NCBI GenBank assembly: GCA_965209055.1
Contig: OZ242374.1
Location: 5,024,001 to 5,088,000 of the forward strand
Direction of reading: 5' to 3'
DNA length: 64,000 nucleotides
DNA from: Acidobacteriota bacterium
GTDB lineage: Bacteria; Acidobacteriota; UBA6911; RPQK01; JAJDTT01
Shown here: positions 1 through 11,412 of the stretch, one piece after another
Numbering within the stretch: position 1 is the first letter of the stretch
Layout of the letters: every line of letters begins with the position of its first letter
Notes under the pieces: generated by a model
Seen by the model: only the letters and a program-made list of their open reading frames with translations
Told to the model about the DNA's origin: nothing
Databases searched by the model: none
Translations under genes and position numbers: made by a program

Positions 1-1
1 C

Positions 2-817
2 GGTCTGGCCGTCCGCCTCCACCAGCACGGACGAAAGGCCGTTCTGCGGTTCTTCGACCGCCACTCGCCGCACGTGGGGGAGGGCGTTCAGCAATTCCTC
101 AACGCGGCCGGTGTCGCCGCCCACCGTCAGGTCGATCTGTTCCCCGCCCTGCATCTGGCTGGTCAGGTTCTGGGGGGAATCGACGGCCACGATGCGTCCG
201 CGGCTGATGATGATGACCCGGTCGCAGGTCATGCTCACTTCGGGCAGGATGTGAGTGGAGAGGATGATGGTGTGCTCACCCCGGAGACTGCCGATGAGCT
301 CCCGGAATTCGATGATCTGCTTGGGGTCCAGACCGATGGTCGGTTCGTCCAGAATCAGGACGTCCGGGTCGTGGATCAGGGCCTGGGCCAATCCGACCCG
401 TTGCCGGAAACCCTTGGACAGGTGCTTGATCAAGCGTTCGCCCTGACCCGACAGTCCGCACCGGTCCTTGACGATCTCCATTCGGTCGCGCGTTTCCGAA
501 CTGGTCACTCCCTTGATGGTGGCCACGAATCGAAGGTAGCTGTCCACCGTCATTTCGGTGTACAGGGGTGGGCTCTCGGGCAGGTATCCCACACGGCTCT
601 TGGCCTCCAACGGATGCTCGAAGACGTCGTACCCGGCCACCACGGCCCGTCCCTGCGTGGCGGGGAAGAAGCCGGCCAGGATCCTCATGGTGGTCGTCTT
701 TCCGGCTCCGTTGGGGCCCAGAAACCCGAGGATCTCTCCCTGGCGAACCTGGAAGCTCACGTCCTCGATGGCCGCCAGCAGGCCGTATCGTTTGGTCAGA
801 TGTTCCACCTCGATCAT
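2..817 (-). CDS. ABC transporter ATP-binding protein (GldA-like), 3' end runs off the window
   Basis: Not in the ORF track. Manual minus-strand translation from ATG 817 gives MIEVEHLTKRYG...GFLGPNGAGKTTTMRIL (Walker A) and LSKGFRQRVGLAQAL...LILDEPT (signature and Walker B). Confidence 0.9.
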   Translation of the reverse strand, partial: MIEVEHLTKRYGLLAAIEDVSFQVRQGEILGFLGPNGAGKTTTMRILAGFFPATQGRAVVAGYDVFEHPLEAKSRVGYLPESPPLYTEMTVDSYLRFVATIKGVTSSETRDRMEIVKDRCGLSGQGERLIKHLSKGFRQRVGLAQALIHDPDVLILDEPTIGLDPKQIIEFRELIGSLRGEHTIILSTHILPEVSMTCDRVIIISRGRIVAVDSPQNLTSQMQGGEQIDLTVGGDTGRVEELLNALPHVRRVAVEEPQNGLSSVLVEADGQT

Positions 818-897
818 CTGCGTCCAATCTCCTGGAAAATCTCTCTGGAAATGAAGAATCTTCAGGAACCGCCGGTGGCGGCTCCCGGCTCGAGACG

Positions 898-2154
898 CTA
901 GGTCGGACCCAGCCCGGCGCTCCTCGACACTTCTCGAGACTCGCCGTACCGGTCCGTCACATAATCTTCCAATATCCGAATGAACCGGTCGGAGATCCCA
1001 TCTCCCCGCAGGGTCGTGAATTGCCGTCCGTCCACGTAGACGGGCGCCTTCGGCTCTTCGCCACTCCCCGGAAGGGAAATGCCGATGTCCGCATGCTTGG
1101 ACTCCCCGGGGCCGTTGACGATGCAACCCATGACCGCCACCTTGAGTTTCTCGACGCCCGGATAGAGTTTCTTCCAGTCCACCATCCTAAGACGAAGGTG
1201 CCGTTCGATTTGTTCCGCCAATTCCTGGAAGAAGCTGCTGGTCGTTCGCCCGCAACCGGGACAGGCGCTGACCTGGGGGCTGAAGCTGCGGAGGTTGAGG
1301 GATTGGAGAATCTGTTGGGCCACACGAACCTCTTCGGCTCTGCTGGCTCCGGGCAATGGGGTCAGACTCACCCGGATGGTCTCCCCGATTCCATCGTGCA
1401 ACAGGACACCCAGAGCTGCCGAACTGGCCACGATCCCGCGACTTCCCATGCCCGCTTCAGTCAGCCCCAGATGCAGTGGATAGTCACAGGAGCGTCCCAG
1501 AACCCGGTAGATCCGAATCAGCTCGGGTGCCGAGGACACCTTGGCGCTCAGAATGATGCGATTTTTGGGAAGGCCGTACTCCCGGGCCAGTTCCGCGGAC
1601 TCAAGGGCACTGGCCACGATGGCCTCCTCGAGCACCTCGCCGGCGCCCCGGGGCACGGCCCGGGCCGCGTTGACCTCCATCAGCCGCGACAGCAGGTCCT
1701 GGTCCAACGAGCCCCAGTTGACTCCGATGCGAACCGGCTTGTCATATTCCAGCGCCAACTGAATCAGCCGCCGGAAGTTCTGGTCGCGATAGCGGCCCTT
1801 TCCCACGTTGCCGGGATTGATCCGGAACTTGCTCAGGGAACGGGCGCAGTCGGGATGGCGGCTGAGAAGCAGGTGGCCGTTGTAGTGGAAGTCTCCCACG
1901 ATGGGCGCATCGTTCCCCTCTCCTCTCAACCGGCGTACGATTTCGCCGACGGACCGGGCTGCTGCGTTGCTGTTGACCGTGATCCGGACAATCTCGGATC
2001 CGGCGCCGGCCAGTTCCCGGATTTGACGGACCGTGGCCCCCACGTCGGCGGTATCCGTATTGGTCATGGACTGGACCACGATGGGCGCATCGCCGCCGAC
2101 GGCGACGTCCCCCACCATGACCTGAACCGTCTTTCTGACCCCGGACATGGGCAA
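898..2154 (-). CDS. ispG: (E)-4-hydroxy-3-methylbut-2-enyl-diphosphate synthase
   Basis: Motifs [34 protein letters not shown], and the 4Fe-4S ligands ACPGCGRT and [11 protein letters not shown]. Confidence 0.97.
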   Translation of the reverse strand: MPMSGVRKTVQVMVGDVAVGGDAPIVVQSMTNTDTADVGATVRQIRELAGAGSEIVRITVNSNAAARSVGEIVRRLRGEGNDAPIVGDFHYNGHLLLSRHPDCARSLSKFRINPGNVGKGRYRDQNFRRLIQLALEYDKPVRIGVNWGSLDQDLLSRLMEVNAARAVPRGAGEVLEEAIVASALESAELAREYGLPKNRIILSAKVSSAPELIRIYRVLGRSCDYPLHLGLTEAGMGSRGIVASSAALGVLLHDGIGETIRVSLTPLPGASRAEEVRVAQQILQSLNLRSFSPQVSACPGCGRTTSSFFQELAEQIERHLRLRMVDWKKLYPGVEKLKVAVMGCIVNGPGESKHADIGISLPGSGEEPKAPVYVDGRQFTTLRGDGISDRFIRILEDYVTDRYGESREVSRSAGLGPT

Positions 2155-2373
2155 AATTCTACCTTACGGTCCACTTTCGCAACAACCCGGGAGGCCCTCG
2201 GAAGCACCCGGCCGACGCCCTCCGGAGAGCCGGACAAGTTGTGATGGACGGTCCGATTTCGTATCATGAAACTGCCCGTTTCGAGGCGCGGATCCGGGCT
2301 TGGGTGCGGCCATGAAGGTGCCGGGAGCGAGTTTCCGACTCGTCCATTTTTCCCTTGAAGGAGTGATTCGACG

Positions 2374-3720
2374 ATGACCGATATCATGGAACGCCTCCTG
2401 GAAGCGTCGAGCCCGAAGGAGTTTTCGGGCTGCATGAAGGAGGCTCAGACCCATTACCCGGCTCCCGCCGATTTCGTGGAAGCGGTGGCGGGCTACCTTC
2501 CCACCCGCTTGTATGAGAGCTACTACGGCGATTCGGTTCCCCGCGGCTTCTTCGGAATCATGGCGGCCACCGAGGCCCAGACCGTTCTGCCCGAGGAAAC
2601 CGGGTGGCGCCCCTATGTTCAGCAGACCTGGAGCGCCGCCAGGGAGCGAAAGCGGACTCCATGGAACCTGGACAAGATCAGCGCCCAAAACCAGGAGAGC
2701 CTGCAAAAGCGCTGGCACCACTTCACCCAAGCCGCCGAGTCGGCCGACGTGCCCGCTTCGCTGGCATGGGCCAAGGGATTTCTGGCCAACCCCTCGGACC
2801 GGGACTATTTCCGGGCCCAGGGACTGTCCTACGCCCTGGCCGATACGGCTCATGGAGGGTTCAAATTTCTCTACCTGCACCAAGCCTGGAAGCTGGCTCA
2901 ATCGCTCCAGTGGAAGAACCTGGAAGCGATCCTCTTCCCTGCCCTTCATTTCCTGGTGGGCGGACCCCGTGAGCAACAGCTTTCGGCCCAGGTCCGGGAG
3001 TACTGGCAGGCCAATCCCCTGACTGCGGCCCTGAAGAACAACGGGACCGTTTCCGAGGAACTTCGCTCCCGTTTCGAACAGAGCTGCCTCTTCGGAGAAT
3101 CGACCGGCGAGGCGCTCGACGCCGTGGCGCTTCTGAGTCGATCCGGCGCAGGTGTGGATGCCATCCGGGACCTGCTGCTGATGACCGCGGCTCAGGCCGT
3201 GGCCAACTCGCGGACCGGTCATTGGCCGGATCCGGCCCGCGCCTTGAACTTCGTATACCTGTTGCGAGACTGGTCCAATCTGGTGGAGCCCCACCGCCGG
3301 ACCTTTGCCTTGTTGTTGGGAGCCGCCCTGATCCACCAGGCGTCGGCGAAGAGTTCCGAGGGCGGACAGAATCGCGATCTGGACCAGCTTCCCGGTCATC
3401 TCCTTCCCGAAGACGCTACGCAGGTCCTGCGCAGCGTGGTCAGCCATTCGGACCCGTACGCGTCCGCCACGGCGGCCCAGGTCATTCTGGACCGGAATTC
3501 CGGGAACGGCGCCGGCCTGGCGGCGACTCTGATGGACTTGGCGGTCAAGAACGACGGGCACGTCTGCGGCGGCGATGACATCCTTCTGGTCAAGGCGGCT
3601 TCAGATTGCTACCAGGCCTCTTCGGCGACGGACAAAAGCCGGTATCTGGTCGCCACGGCTTTCTTCTTGGGGCGGATTCCCAAGAGCTACGAGCTTTTCG
3701 GTGCCTACGGCTTCAAATAG
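2374..3720 (+). CDS. Hypothetical protein, predicted mostly alpha-helical
   Basis: 448-aa ORF with AAGGAG RBS and normal codon style; no family recognised. Confidence 0.75.
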   Translation: MTDIMERLLEASSPKEFSGCMKEAQTHYPAPADFVEAVAGYLPTRLYESYYGDSVPRGFFGIMAATEAQTVLPEETGWRPYVQQTWSAARERKRTPWNLDKISAQNQESLQKRWHHFTQAAESADVPASLAWAKGFLANPSDRDYFRAQGLSYALADTAHGGFKFLYLHQAWKLAQSLQWKNLEAILFPALHFLVGGPREQQLSAQVREYWQANPLTAALKNNGTVSEELRSRFEQSCLFGESTGEALDAVALLSRSGAGVDAIRDLLLMTAAQAVANSRTGHWPDPARALNFVYLLRDWSNLVEPHRRTFALLLGAALIHQASAKSSEGGQNRDLDQLPGHLLPEDATQVLRSVVSHSDPYASATAAQVILDRNSGNGAGLAATLMDLAVKNDGHVCGGDDILLVKAASDCYQASSATDKSRYLVATAFFLGRIPKSYELFGAYGFK

Positions 3721-5017
3721 ACCCGCAGAGAACCGAGTTGAGGAGAGACGGTCGCCCACGGCCAGCGATCTCGCCATCATCGGCGCCGGTCCCATCGGCT
3801 TGGAGGCGGCGAGCCGGGCAGTCCTGGCCGGTCTGAACGTCGTCGTCTTCGAAAAAGGGCAGGTGGGGCACCACCTCTCCCAATGGGGTCACGTCCGGCT
3901 GTTCAGTCCCTTCCGGATGAACCACTCGGATTGGGGCCTGGAACTGATCAAGGCCGCCTTTCCGAAGCGTCCCCTGCCTCATCCCGACAGCTACCCAACC
4001 GGCTCGGAAATGGTCGAGACCTACCTCAAGCCGTTGTCCCGGATTCCTCAACTCTCGGGCCGCATCCTGGAGGGGATCGTGGTCCGGTCGGTGGGCCGGC
4101 AGGGGCTGGGCAAGCACGACCTCCTGGGCAAGCCGGAGCGTTCGCATCACCCCTTCAGATTGCTGGTTGAACAAGCAGGACGGAGCTGGATCCACAGGTC
4201 CCGGTCCGTCGTCGACGCCTCCGGCGTCTATTCCCGTCCCCAATTCATGGGCAACGGCAACATCGCCGCACCCGGCGAGTCCGAGGCGCAACAGGCTGCA
4301 CCCGAACATTTTCACCGGCACCTGGTGGACTTGAATGGAAACCGGCGTTCCATGTTCGCCGGGCGGCGGGTGCTTCTGGTGGGAGGCGGTTATTCGGCGG
4401 CAACGACCTTGGAAGCCCTCCGCGAGCTGACCGAGACGGCGCCCCGCACCCGCGTCTACTGGGTCAACTGCTCGGTCGACACCGTTCCTTACGAGCGTTA
4501 CCCCGACGATCCCTTTCCCTACCGGGACCGGATCGCCGCTCTGGCCAATTCATTGGCCCGACGCCCGCCCTCCTGGTTGTCGTACCTGGGAGGCTCCATG
4601 GTGGACGAGATCCTGTCCTGGTCCCCGCAGGGTCCCTTCCGGGTCGTGGTTGACGGAACTCGGAACGGAGGCCGCAGGCGGCGGGAGATCGAGGTGGACG
4701 AGATTATCGCACACGTGGGATTCGAGCCGGACAACTCCATCTACCGGCAGCTTCAAGTCCACGAGTGCTACGCCACGTCGGGGCCCATAAAACTTGCGGC
4801 CAGCCTGCTGGGAGGATCCGGCGATTGCGGCGATCAGGCCTCCCCCGATCTCGACCTCCTGAAGAATCCGGAGCCCGACTTCTTCATCGTGGGCAACAAG
4901 AGCTACGGGACCAATTCCACGTTTCTGATCCGGCAAGGCGTGGTCCAGGTGAGGCTGATCATCGACCACTTGGCGAACCGGCTCAAAGCCCGGCATCGCC
5001 CGGCGCCGGTTGCCTGA
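3701..5017 (+). CDS. FAD/NAD(P)-dependent oxidoreductase (flavin monooxygenase-like, ArsO-related family)
   Basis: IIGAGPIG FAD motif, WGHVRLFSPF, DASG, second Rossmann VGGGYSA, C-terminal HECYA..GP and EPDFFIVGNKSYG. Start is uncertain: in-frame GTG at 3701 chosen over the ATG at 3575, which overlaps the upstream gene by 146 nt. Confidence 0.8.
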   Translation: MPTASNRPAENRVEERRSPTASDLAIIGAGPIGLEAASRAVLAGLNVVVFEKGQVGHHLSQWGHVRLFSPFRMNHSDWGLELIKAAFPKRPLPHPDSYPTGSEMVETYLKPLSRIPQLSGRILEGIVVRSVGRQGLGKHDLLGKPERSHHPFRLLVEQAGRSWIHRSRSVVDASGVYSRPQFMGNGNIAAPGESEAQQAAPEHFHRHLVDLNGNRRSMFAGRRVLLVGGGYSAATTLEALRELTETAPRTRVYWVNCSVDTVPYERYPDDPFPYRDRIAALANSLARRPPSWLSYLGGSMVDEILSWSPQGPFRVVVDGTRNGGRRRREIEVDEIIAHVGFEPDNSIYRQLQVHECYATSGPIKLAASLLGGSGDCGDQASPDLDLLKNPEPDFFIVGNKSYGTNSTFLIRQGVVQVRLIIDHLANRLKARHRPAPVA

Positions 5018-5102
5018 CCGGTGCGCGGCTGAAATCGACCTTGGATTCCGGCGGCACCACCCCCCGGGGAGACCGTCACGAGGGACACCAAAAGGGTCGC
5101 CC

Positions 5103-5669
5103 CTACCAGTCTCCCATCGCATCCAGAAAATCCTTGATCATGCGGGCCGTCAGGCCCCAGACGGAATCGCCCTGGTAATCGAAGAAGTAGACGGGAATCG
5201 GACGGCCGCCGCGATGCCGCGTCTCCACCAAGGGACGGGTGTCGCGGAAAAATGCGTAGGGCACCTGAAGGACCCGTTCCACTTCCGAAGGACTCGGAGT
5301 CAGGGAGAGCCCCGGTTTCAGATAGCCCACGTAACAGGCGACATGGATGTCGGTCACGGCGTGATAGTCGTGAAATCGGCCGAGGAGCTCCACGTACTCC
5401 GGCTCGATCCCCACCTCCTCGCCGGTCTCCCTCAGAGCCGTCTGCCAGAGGGAGCGGTCACCGCACTCCTCCACACCTCCCGGAAAACAGATCTGCCCCT
5501 TGTGGGTCGCGACTTCCTGGGTCCGCTTGGTCAGCAGGAAACAGGGTTCGCCCCCGCGATCCAGAAGGCCCATGAGGACGGCTGCCTGAGCTTTGGAGGC
5601 GACTGGATTCCTGTGCGGGGGAATCCGCAACAAACGCTGCCGGATCCGCTTCTTCCACGCCACTTCCAA
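5103..5669 (-). CDS. Nudix hydrolase, CoA pyrophosphatase (NudL/PCD1) family
   Basis: LLTKR..HKGQICFPGG..ALRETGEEVG Nudix box and VWGLTARMI. Confidence 0.9.
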   Translation of the reverse strand: MEVAWKKRIRQRLLRIPPHRNPVASKAQAAVLMGLLDRGGEPCFLLTKRTQEVATHKGQICFPGGVEECGDRSLWQTALRETGEEVGIEPEYVELLGRFHDYHAVTDIHVACYVGYLKPGLSLTPSPSEVERVLQVPYAFFRDTRPLVETRHRGGRPIPVYFFDYQGDSVWGLTARMIKDFLDAMGDW

Positions 5670-5690
5670 GGGAACGACTCCTGGTCCGGG

Positions 5691-6131
5691 TCAATCGGTG
5701 GGCCCGCCGGAGATGTATTGCTCCAACTGCCTGATGGTGAACTCCTGCTCGGAGATGATGGACTTGACGACGTCGCCGATGGAGATCATCCCCACCAGTT
5801 CTCCCCCCTCCATCACCGGAAGATGCCGGATCCGCTTTTGGGTCATGAGCCCCATGCAATCCTCCATGCCCTGCTCGGGCCGGACATAGACCACCTTCCG
5901 GCTCATGATTTCCCGGACCCGCGTACTGTGGGAGGCCTTTCCCTTGAGGATCACCTTCCTGGCGTAGTCCCGCTCCGAGAAAATACCCACGAGACGCCCC
6001 GACTCCAGCACCAGAAGCGCTCCGATGTTCTTTGCGGCCATGAGCTTGAGAGCATCCAGAACGGACGTGCCGGGGTTAACGGACCAGACGTCGTACCCCT
6101 TGGCCTGGAGCAAATGGCGGACCGTCTTCAT
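5691..6131 (-). CDS. CBS-domain pair protein
   Basis: MKTVRHLLQAKG..IGALLV..GIFSERDYARK..RIRHLPV..ISIGDVVK; start set at ATG 6131. Confidence 0.92.
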   Translation of the reverse strand: MKTVRHLLQAKGYDVWSVNPGTSVLDALKLMAAKNIGALLVLESGRLVGIFSERDYARKVILKGKASHSTRVREIMSRKVVYVRPEQGMEDCMGLMTQKRIRHLPVMEGGELVGMISIGDVVKSIISEQEFTIRQLEQYISGGPTD

Positions 6132-6387
6132 GGTGCGGCGTCTTCCCGTGGTTCCACCGATCTCGTCCCGGTCAACAAGGCTGGCCCCGGATTCAAGGGG
6201 CGAAGTACTGGTTGTCCCGTTCCCAGTCGAAATACCCGCCCAGCGCCGGGGCAGGTGGCAAGAACCCAATCCGGCTACGAGAGAGTCGCCGGCAGGAGTC
6301 CAGGAGTCTGCGCTTTCGCAGGAGATTAACTTCCGCCGCGCAGGCTTGCAGGGTCGAATCTTTCCTTGAGAACGCTTTCAAGTAGCA

Positions 6388-6476
6388 TGGTGCCGGAGGC
6401 GGGATTCGAACCCGCACACTCGTTTCGAGCGCCACCCCCTCAAGATGGTGTGTCTGCCAAGTTCCACCACTCCGGC
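6388..6476 (-). tRNA. tRNA-Leu(GAG)
   Basis: Minus strand reads GCCGGAGTGGTGGAACTTGGCAGACAC..CCATC-TTGAGGG-GGTGG, a long variable arm, then GGGTTCGAATCCC..TCCGGCA-CCA. It directly follows secG, a conserved context. Confidence 0.96.
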
Positions 6477-6482
6477 ACGAAT

Positions 6483-6833
6483 CTATTGCTGGCCCTCCGG
6501 CGCGGCCTCGGCCGGTGGGGTTTCCGAAGGCGTTTGCGACTCGGGAACCGCGGATTCCGGAGTTGCTCCCGTTACGGGCACGTCCTCCATCACCGTGGAC
6601 TCGGTCCCCTGGGTGAAGAGAATCGCCAATCCCAAAGAGGTCACCATGAAGATCACGGCACACAAAGTGGTCCCTTTGGTGAGAAGCGTCGCCGCCGACC
6701 GGGCGCCGAACGCCGTCTGGCTGGTGGTCCCGCCGAAGGCGGACGCCAAGTCTCCCGCCTTTCCCGACTGCAGGAGAACGACGAGAATCAAAACGATGCA
6801 GGCAAGCACGTGAAATATCGTCAAGAGGGTCAT
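6483..6833 (-). CDS. secG: Preprotein translocase subunit SecG
   Basis: [17 protein letters not shown] motif with two TM segments; lies between tpiA and tRNA-Leu. Confidence 0.95.
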   Translation of the reverse strand: MTLLTIFHVLACIVLILVVLLQSGKAGDLASAFGGTTSQTAFGARSAATLLTKGTTLCAVIFMVTSLGLAILFTQGTESTVMEDVPVTGATPESAVPESQTPSETPPAEAAPEGQQ

Positions 6834-6951
6834 TTTGATCTATCGATGCCTCCACAGGCCGCCTCCGGCGCCAAGCCGGGCGGCCAATTCCAAAATCCGC
6901 GAACTCCGGTCTTCTTCGGTCTCCGAAAAACGGGCCGTGGGCCCATTATAC

Positions 6952-7722
6952 TCATTTGAACTCGACAATCCGTGAGAAAGACTCGGCTTCAAGACTGGCG
7001 CCGCCGACCAGAGCCCCGTCGATGTTCTCCCGGCTCATCAGCTCTCCGGCGTTGGCCGGTTTGACGCTTCCGCCGTAGAGGATCCTCGCCGCGGCCGCCA
7101 TGTCCGCCGAACAGCGCCGGGCCAACCACCCCCGGATCATGCCATGCACCTGGTCGGCGATGTCCGGAGTCGCCGTCATACCGGTGCCGATGGCCCAGAC
7201 CGGCTCATAGGCCACCACCAGGCCACCCAGACCCGAGGCCTCCACCCCGGCCAGCGCTCCCGAAAGCTGCCTCTGGATCACTTCTTCCGCCCGGCCAGAC
7301 TCCCGTTGGGACAGAGACTCCCCGACACACAGAATCGGGATCAGAGGCGTGGCGAGAACAGCCCTGAGCTTGCGGGAGACGGTCTCATCCGTTTCGGAGA
7401 AATACTGGCGCCGTTCCGAGTGCCCCAGCAGGACGTATCTGCAACCGCAATCCAGGAGCATCCCGGCCGAAATCTCGCCGGTAAAGGCGCCTTCGTCCTC
7501 CCAGTGGAGGTTCTGTCCCCCCACTTGGATTCCGGACCCGGAGAGGGCCTCATGGACCGCTGCCAACGCGGTGAAGGCCGGGCACACCAACACTTCGCGA
7601 GACTGCAGCGCAGGACCGCCGTCCAGGAGGGCCTTCAGCCGCGCGGCCGTCTCCCTGGCTTCGGAGACGGTTTTGAACATCTTCCAGTTTGCCGCAATGA
7701 TGGGTTTTCTCTGATGACTCAC
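6952..7722 (-). CDS. tpiA: Triosephosphate isomerase
   Basis: AANWKM, GHSERR, AYEPVWAIGTG, YGGSVKP, LVGGASL; GTG start at 7722 with a GGAGG RBS. Confidence 0.97.
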   Translation of the reverse strand: MSHQRKPIIAANWKMFKTVSEARETAARLKALLDGGPALQSREVLVCPAFTALAAVHEALSGSGIQVGGQNLHWEDEGAFTGEISAGMLLDCGCRYVLLGHSERRQYFSETDETVSRKLRAVLATPLIPILCVGESLSQRESGRAEEVIQRQLSGALAGVEASGLGGLVVAYEPVWAIGTGMTATPDIADQVHGMIRGWLARRCSADMAAAARILYGGSVKPANAGELMSRENIDGALVGGASLEAESFSRIVEFK

Positions 7723-7757
7723 CTTGATCCCTCCACTGAATGCAGGTTCCGAGGGGT

Positions 7758-8951
7758 TCAACCGCTGCCCGACAAGACTGCGACTCCGGGAAGGGTCTTC
7801 CCGGCCAGGTAGTCCAGGGACGCTCCCCCGCCGGTGGACACGTGATCGATGGCATCCCGGACCCCGGCCCGGACGACGGCGGCCGCCGAGTCGCCGCCGC
7901 CGACGACGGAAAAGGCCCGGGAAGCCCCCACCGACCGGGCCACCCCCAGCGTGCCGGCGGCGAACTCCTCCACTTCGAATACTCCGAGCGGTCCGTTCCA
8001 GATGACGGTTTCCGCCTTTTCGATCTCCTGGCCGAAACGCCGCCGGGTTCCGGGTCCGATATCCAACCCCATCTTGTCAGGCGGAAGAGACTCTACCGGG
8101 ACCGTCCAGGTCTCCTCTCCAGGAGCGCAATTGCGGGCAACCACGACATCCTCAGGAAGCACCAGGCGAGTCCCGGACTTCTTGGCTTCCCGGAGCGCCT
8201 TCCGGGCCGTCTCCAGACAGGATTCCTCCACCAGCGACCGTCCCACGTCGACTCCGAGAGCCTTCAGGAAGGTAAAGGCCATGCCTCCTCCCATCAGGAT
8301 CGTGTCCGCCAAGGAAAGGAAGTTTTCGATCACGCCGATCTTGCCCGACACCTTGGCGCCGCCCAGTATGGCCACCACCGGAGGGCGGGGGTCCGAGAGG
8401 ACCCGGTCCAGATGACGGAGCTCCTTTTCCATCAGGAGTCCGGCGGCTCCGCGTCCCAGGAAGGTGGGGACGCCCACGGTCGAGGCATGGGATCGATGTG
8501 CTGTCCCGAACGCGTCGTTGACGTACTCCTCCGCGGGAGCCGCCAGCCGGGCCGCGAAATCAGGGTCGTTCTCCACCTCCGCGGAATGGAATCTCAGGTT
8601 TTCAAGCAGCAGGATTTCCCCCGGTCCGAGGGAATTCACGGCCCGCCGGACCGGCGGGCCCAGGCAGTCCCCGACGAATCGAACCGGACTTCCCAACAGC
8701 GACGAGAGACAGCCGGAGACCGGCTCCAGAGACAGGGACGGGTTGCTCTTGCCCCCGGGCCGGCCCAGGTGGGACGCCAACACCACTCTCGCGCCCTTTT
8801 CCACGGCGACCCTGATGCTGGGAATCGAGGCCCGGACACGGGTGTCGTCGACGACCCGTCCTGCCTGAGTCGGCACGTTGTAATCGACTCGGAGGAAGAG
8901 CGTTCTTTCCGCCAACTCCAGGTCTCGAATGGATCGCTTGCGTGGATACAC
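7758..8951 (-). CDS. pgk: Phosphoglycerate kinase
   Basis: RVDYNVP, SHLGRP, LLENLRF, NDAFGTAHR, GGAKVSGK, WNGPLG, STGGGASL. Confidence 0.97.
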   Translation of the reverse strand: MYPRKRSIRDLELAERTLFLRVDYNVPTQAGRVVDDTRVRASIPSIRVAVEKGARVVLASHLGRPGGKSNPSLSLEPVSGCLSSLLGSPVRFVGDCLGPPVRRAVNSLGPGEILLLENLRFHSAEVENDPDFAARLAAPAEEYVNDAFGTAHRSHASTVGVPTFLGRGAAGLLMEKELRHLDRVLSDPRPPVVAILGGAKVSGKIGVIENFLSLADTILMGGGMAFTFLKALGVDVGRSLVEESCLETARKALREAKKSGTRLVLPEDVVVARNCAPGEETWTVPVESLPPDKMGLDIGPGTRRRFGQEIEKAETVIWNGPLGVFEVEEFAAGTLGVARSVGASRAFSVVGGGDSAAAVVRAGVRDAIDHVSTGGGASLDYLAGKTLPGVAVLSGSG

Positions 8952-9061
8952 CTGAACTCACCTTGTGGGAGATTCCGGTCCGAAGACGGGAAACGGCCGG
9001 TGGCATCATGTCCAACTGGCGCTTCTCCGGTCCCGCCACGGTGGACGGTTATTCTGGAGTT

Positions 9062-9137
9062 CGGCGGCTAGAAAGCCGCCGCTCCTGTTCGGCGACTGGA
9101 AAGTCGCCGCTCCCGGCGACAGGAAAGTCGCCGCTCC
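9062..9137 (-). repeat. Three tandem 24-bp REP-like palindromes
   Basis: Units 9062-9085, 9090-9113 and 9114-9137 are CGGCGGCTAGAAAGCCGCCGCTCC, CGGCGACTGGAAAGTCGCCGCTCC and CGGCGACAGGAAAGTCGCCGCTCC. On the minus strand each reads GGAG followed by a hairpin. Confidence 0.75.
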
Positions 9138-9143
9138 TCTCCG

Positions 9144-11206
<2,063 letters not shown>

Positions 11207-11412
11207 GGAAACGGACCCACGACAAAAAGGAGCGTCGTCCATCCCGACCCGGATTCCGCCGCGGCCGCGATCGGACTTCGACGCTCCCGAATCAGGCCAA
11301 ATTTAAGACTTCCACACCGCCTGTCCGGCTTCAAGTCGAGACGCGCATGGCGACTTTCAGCCCTGATCCCTAGAATTGGTTGAAGAAGGCACCGACAGGC
11401 AGGGAACAATTC

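Noticed and set aside
74-901. 275-aa plus-strand ORF
   Set aside because: Shadow of the minus-strand ABC ATPase, which the track missed because its stop lies outside the window.
2323-2345. Hairpin GGGAGCGAGTTTCCGACTCGTCC as another REP copy
   Set aside because: The stem differs from the family consensus, so it was too weak to include.
6300-6400. tRNA-Leu 3' end as an integration site
   Set aside because: No integrase is nearby and I saw no duplicated tRNA 3' end in the window.
9062-9137. Tandem 24-bp palindromic repeats as a mini CRISPR array
   Set aside because: The spacers are only 4 and 0 bp, no cas genes are present, and the same motif is dispersed elsewhere, which fits REPs.
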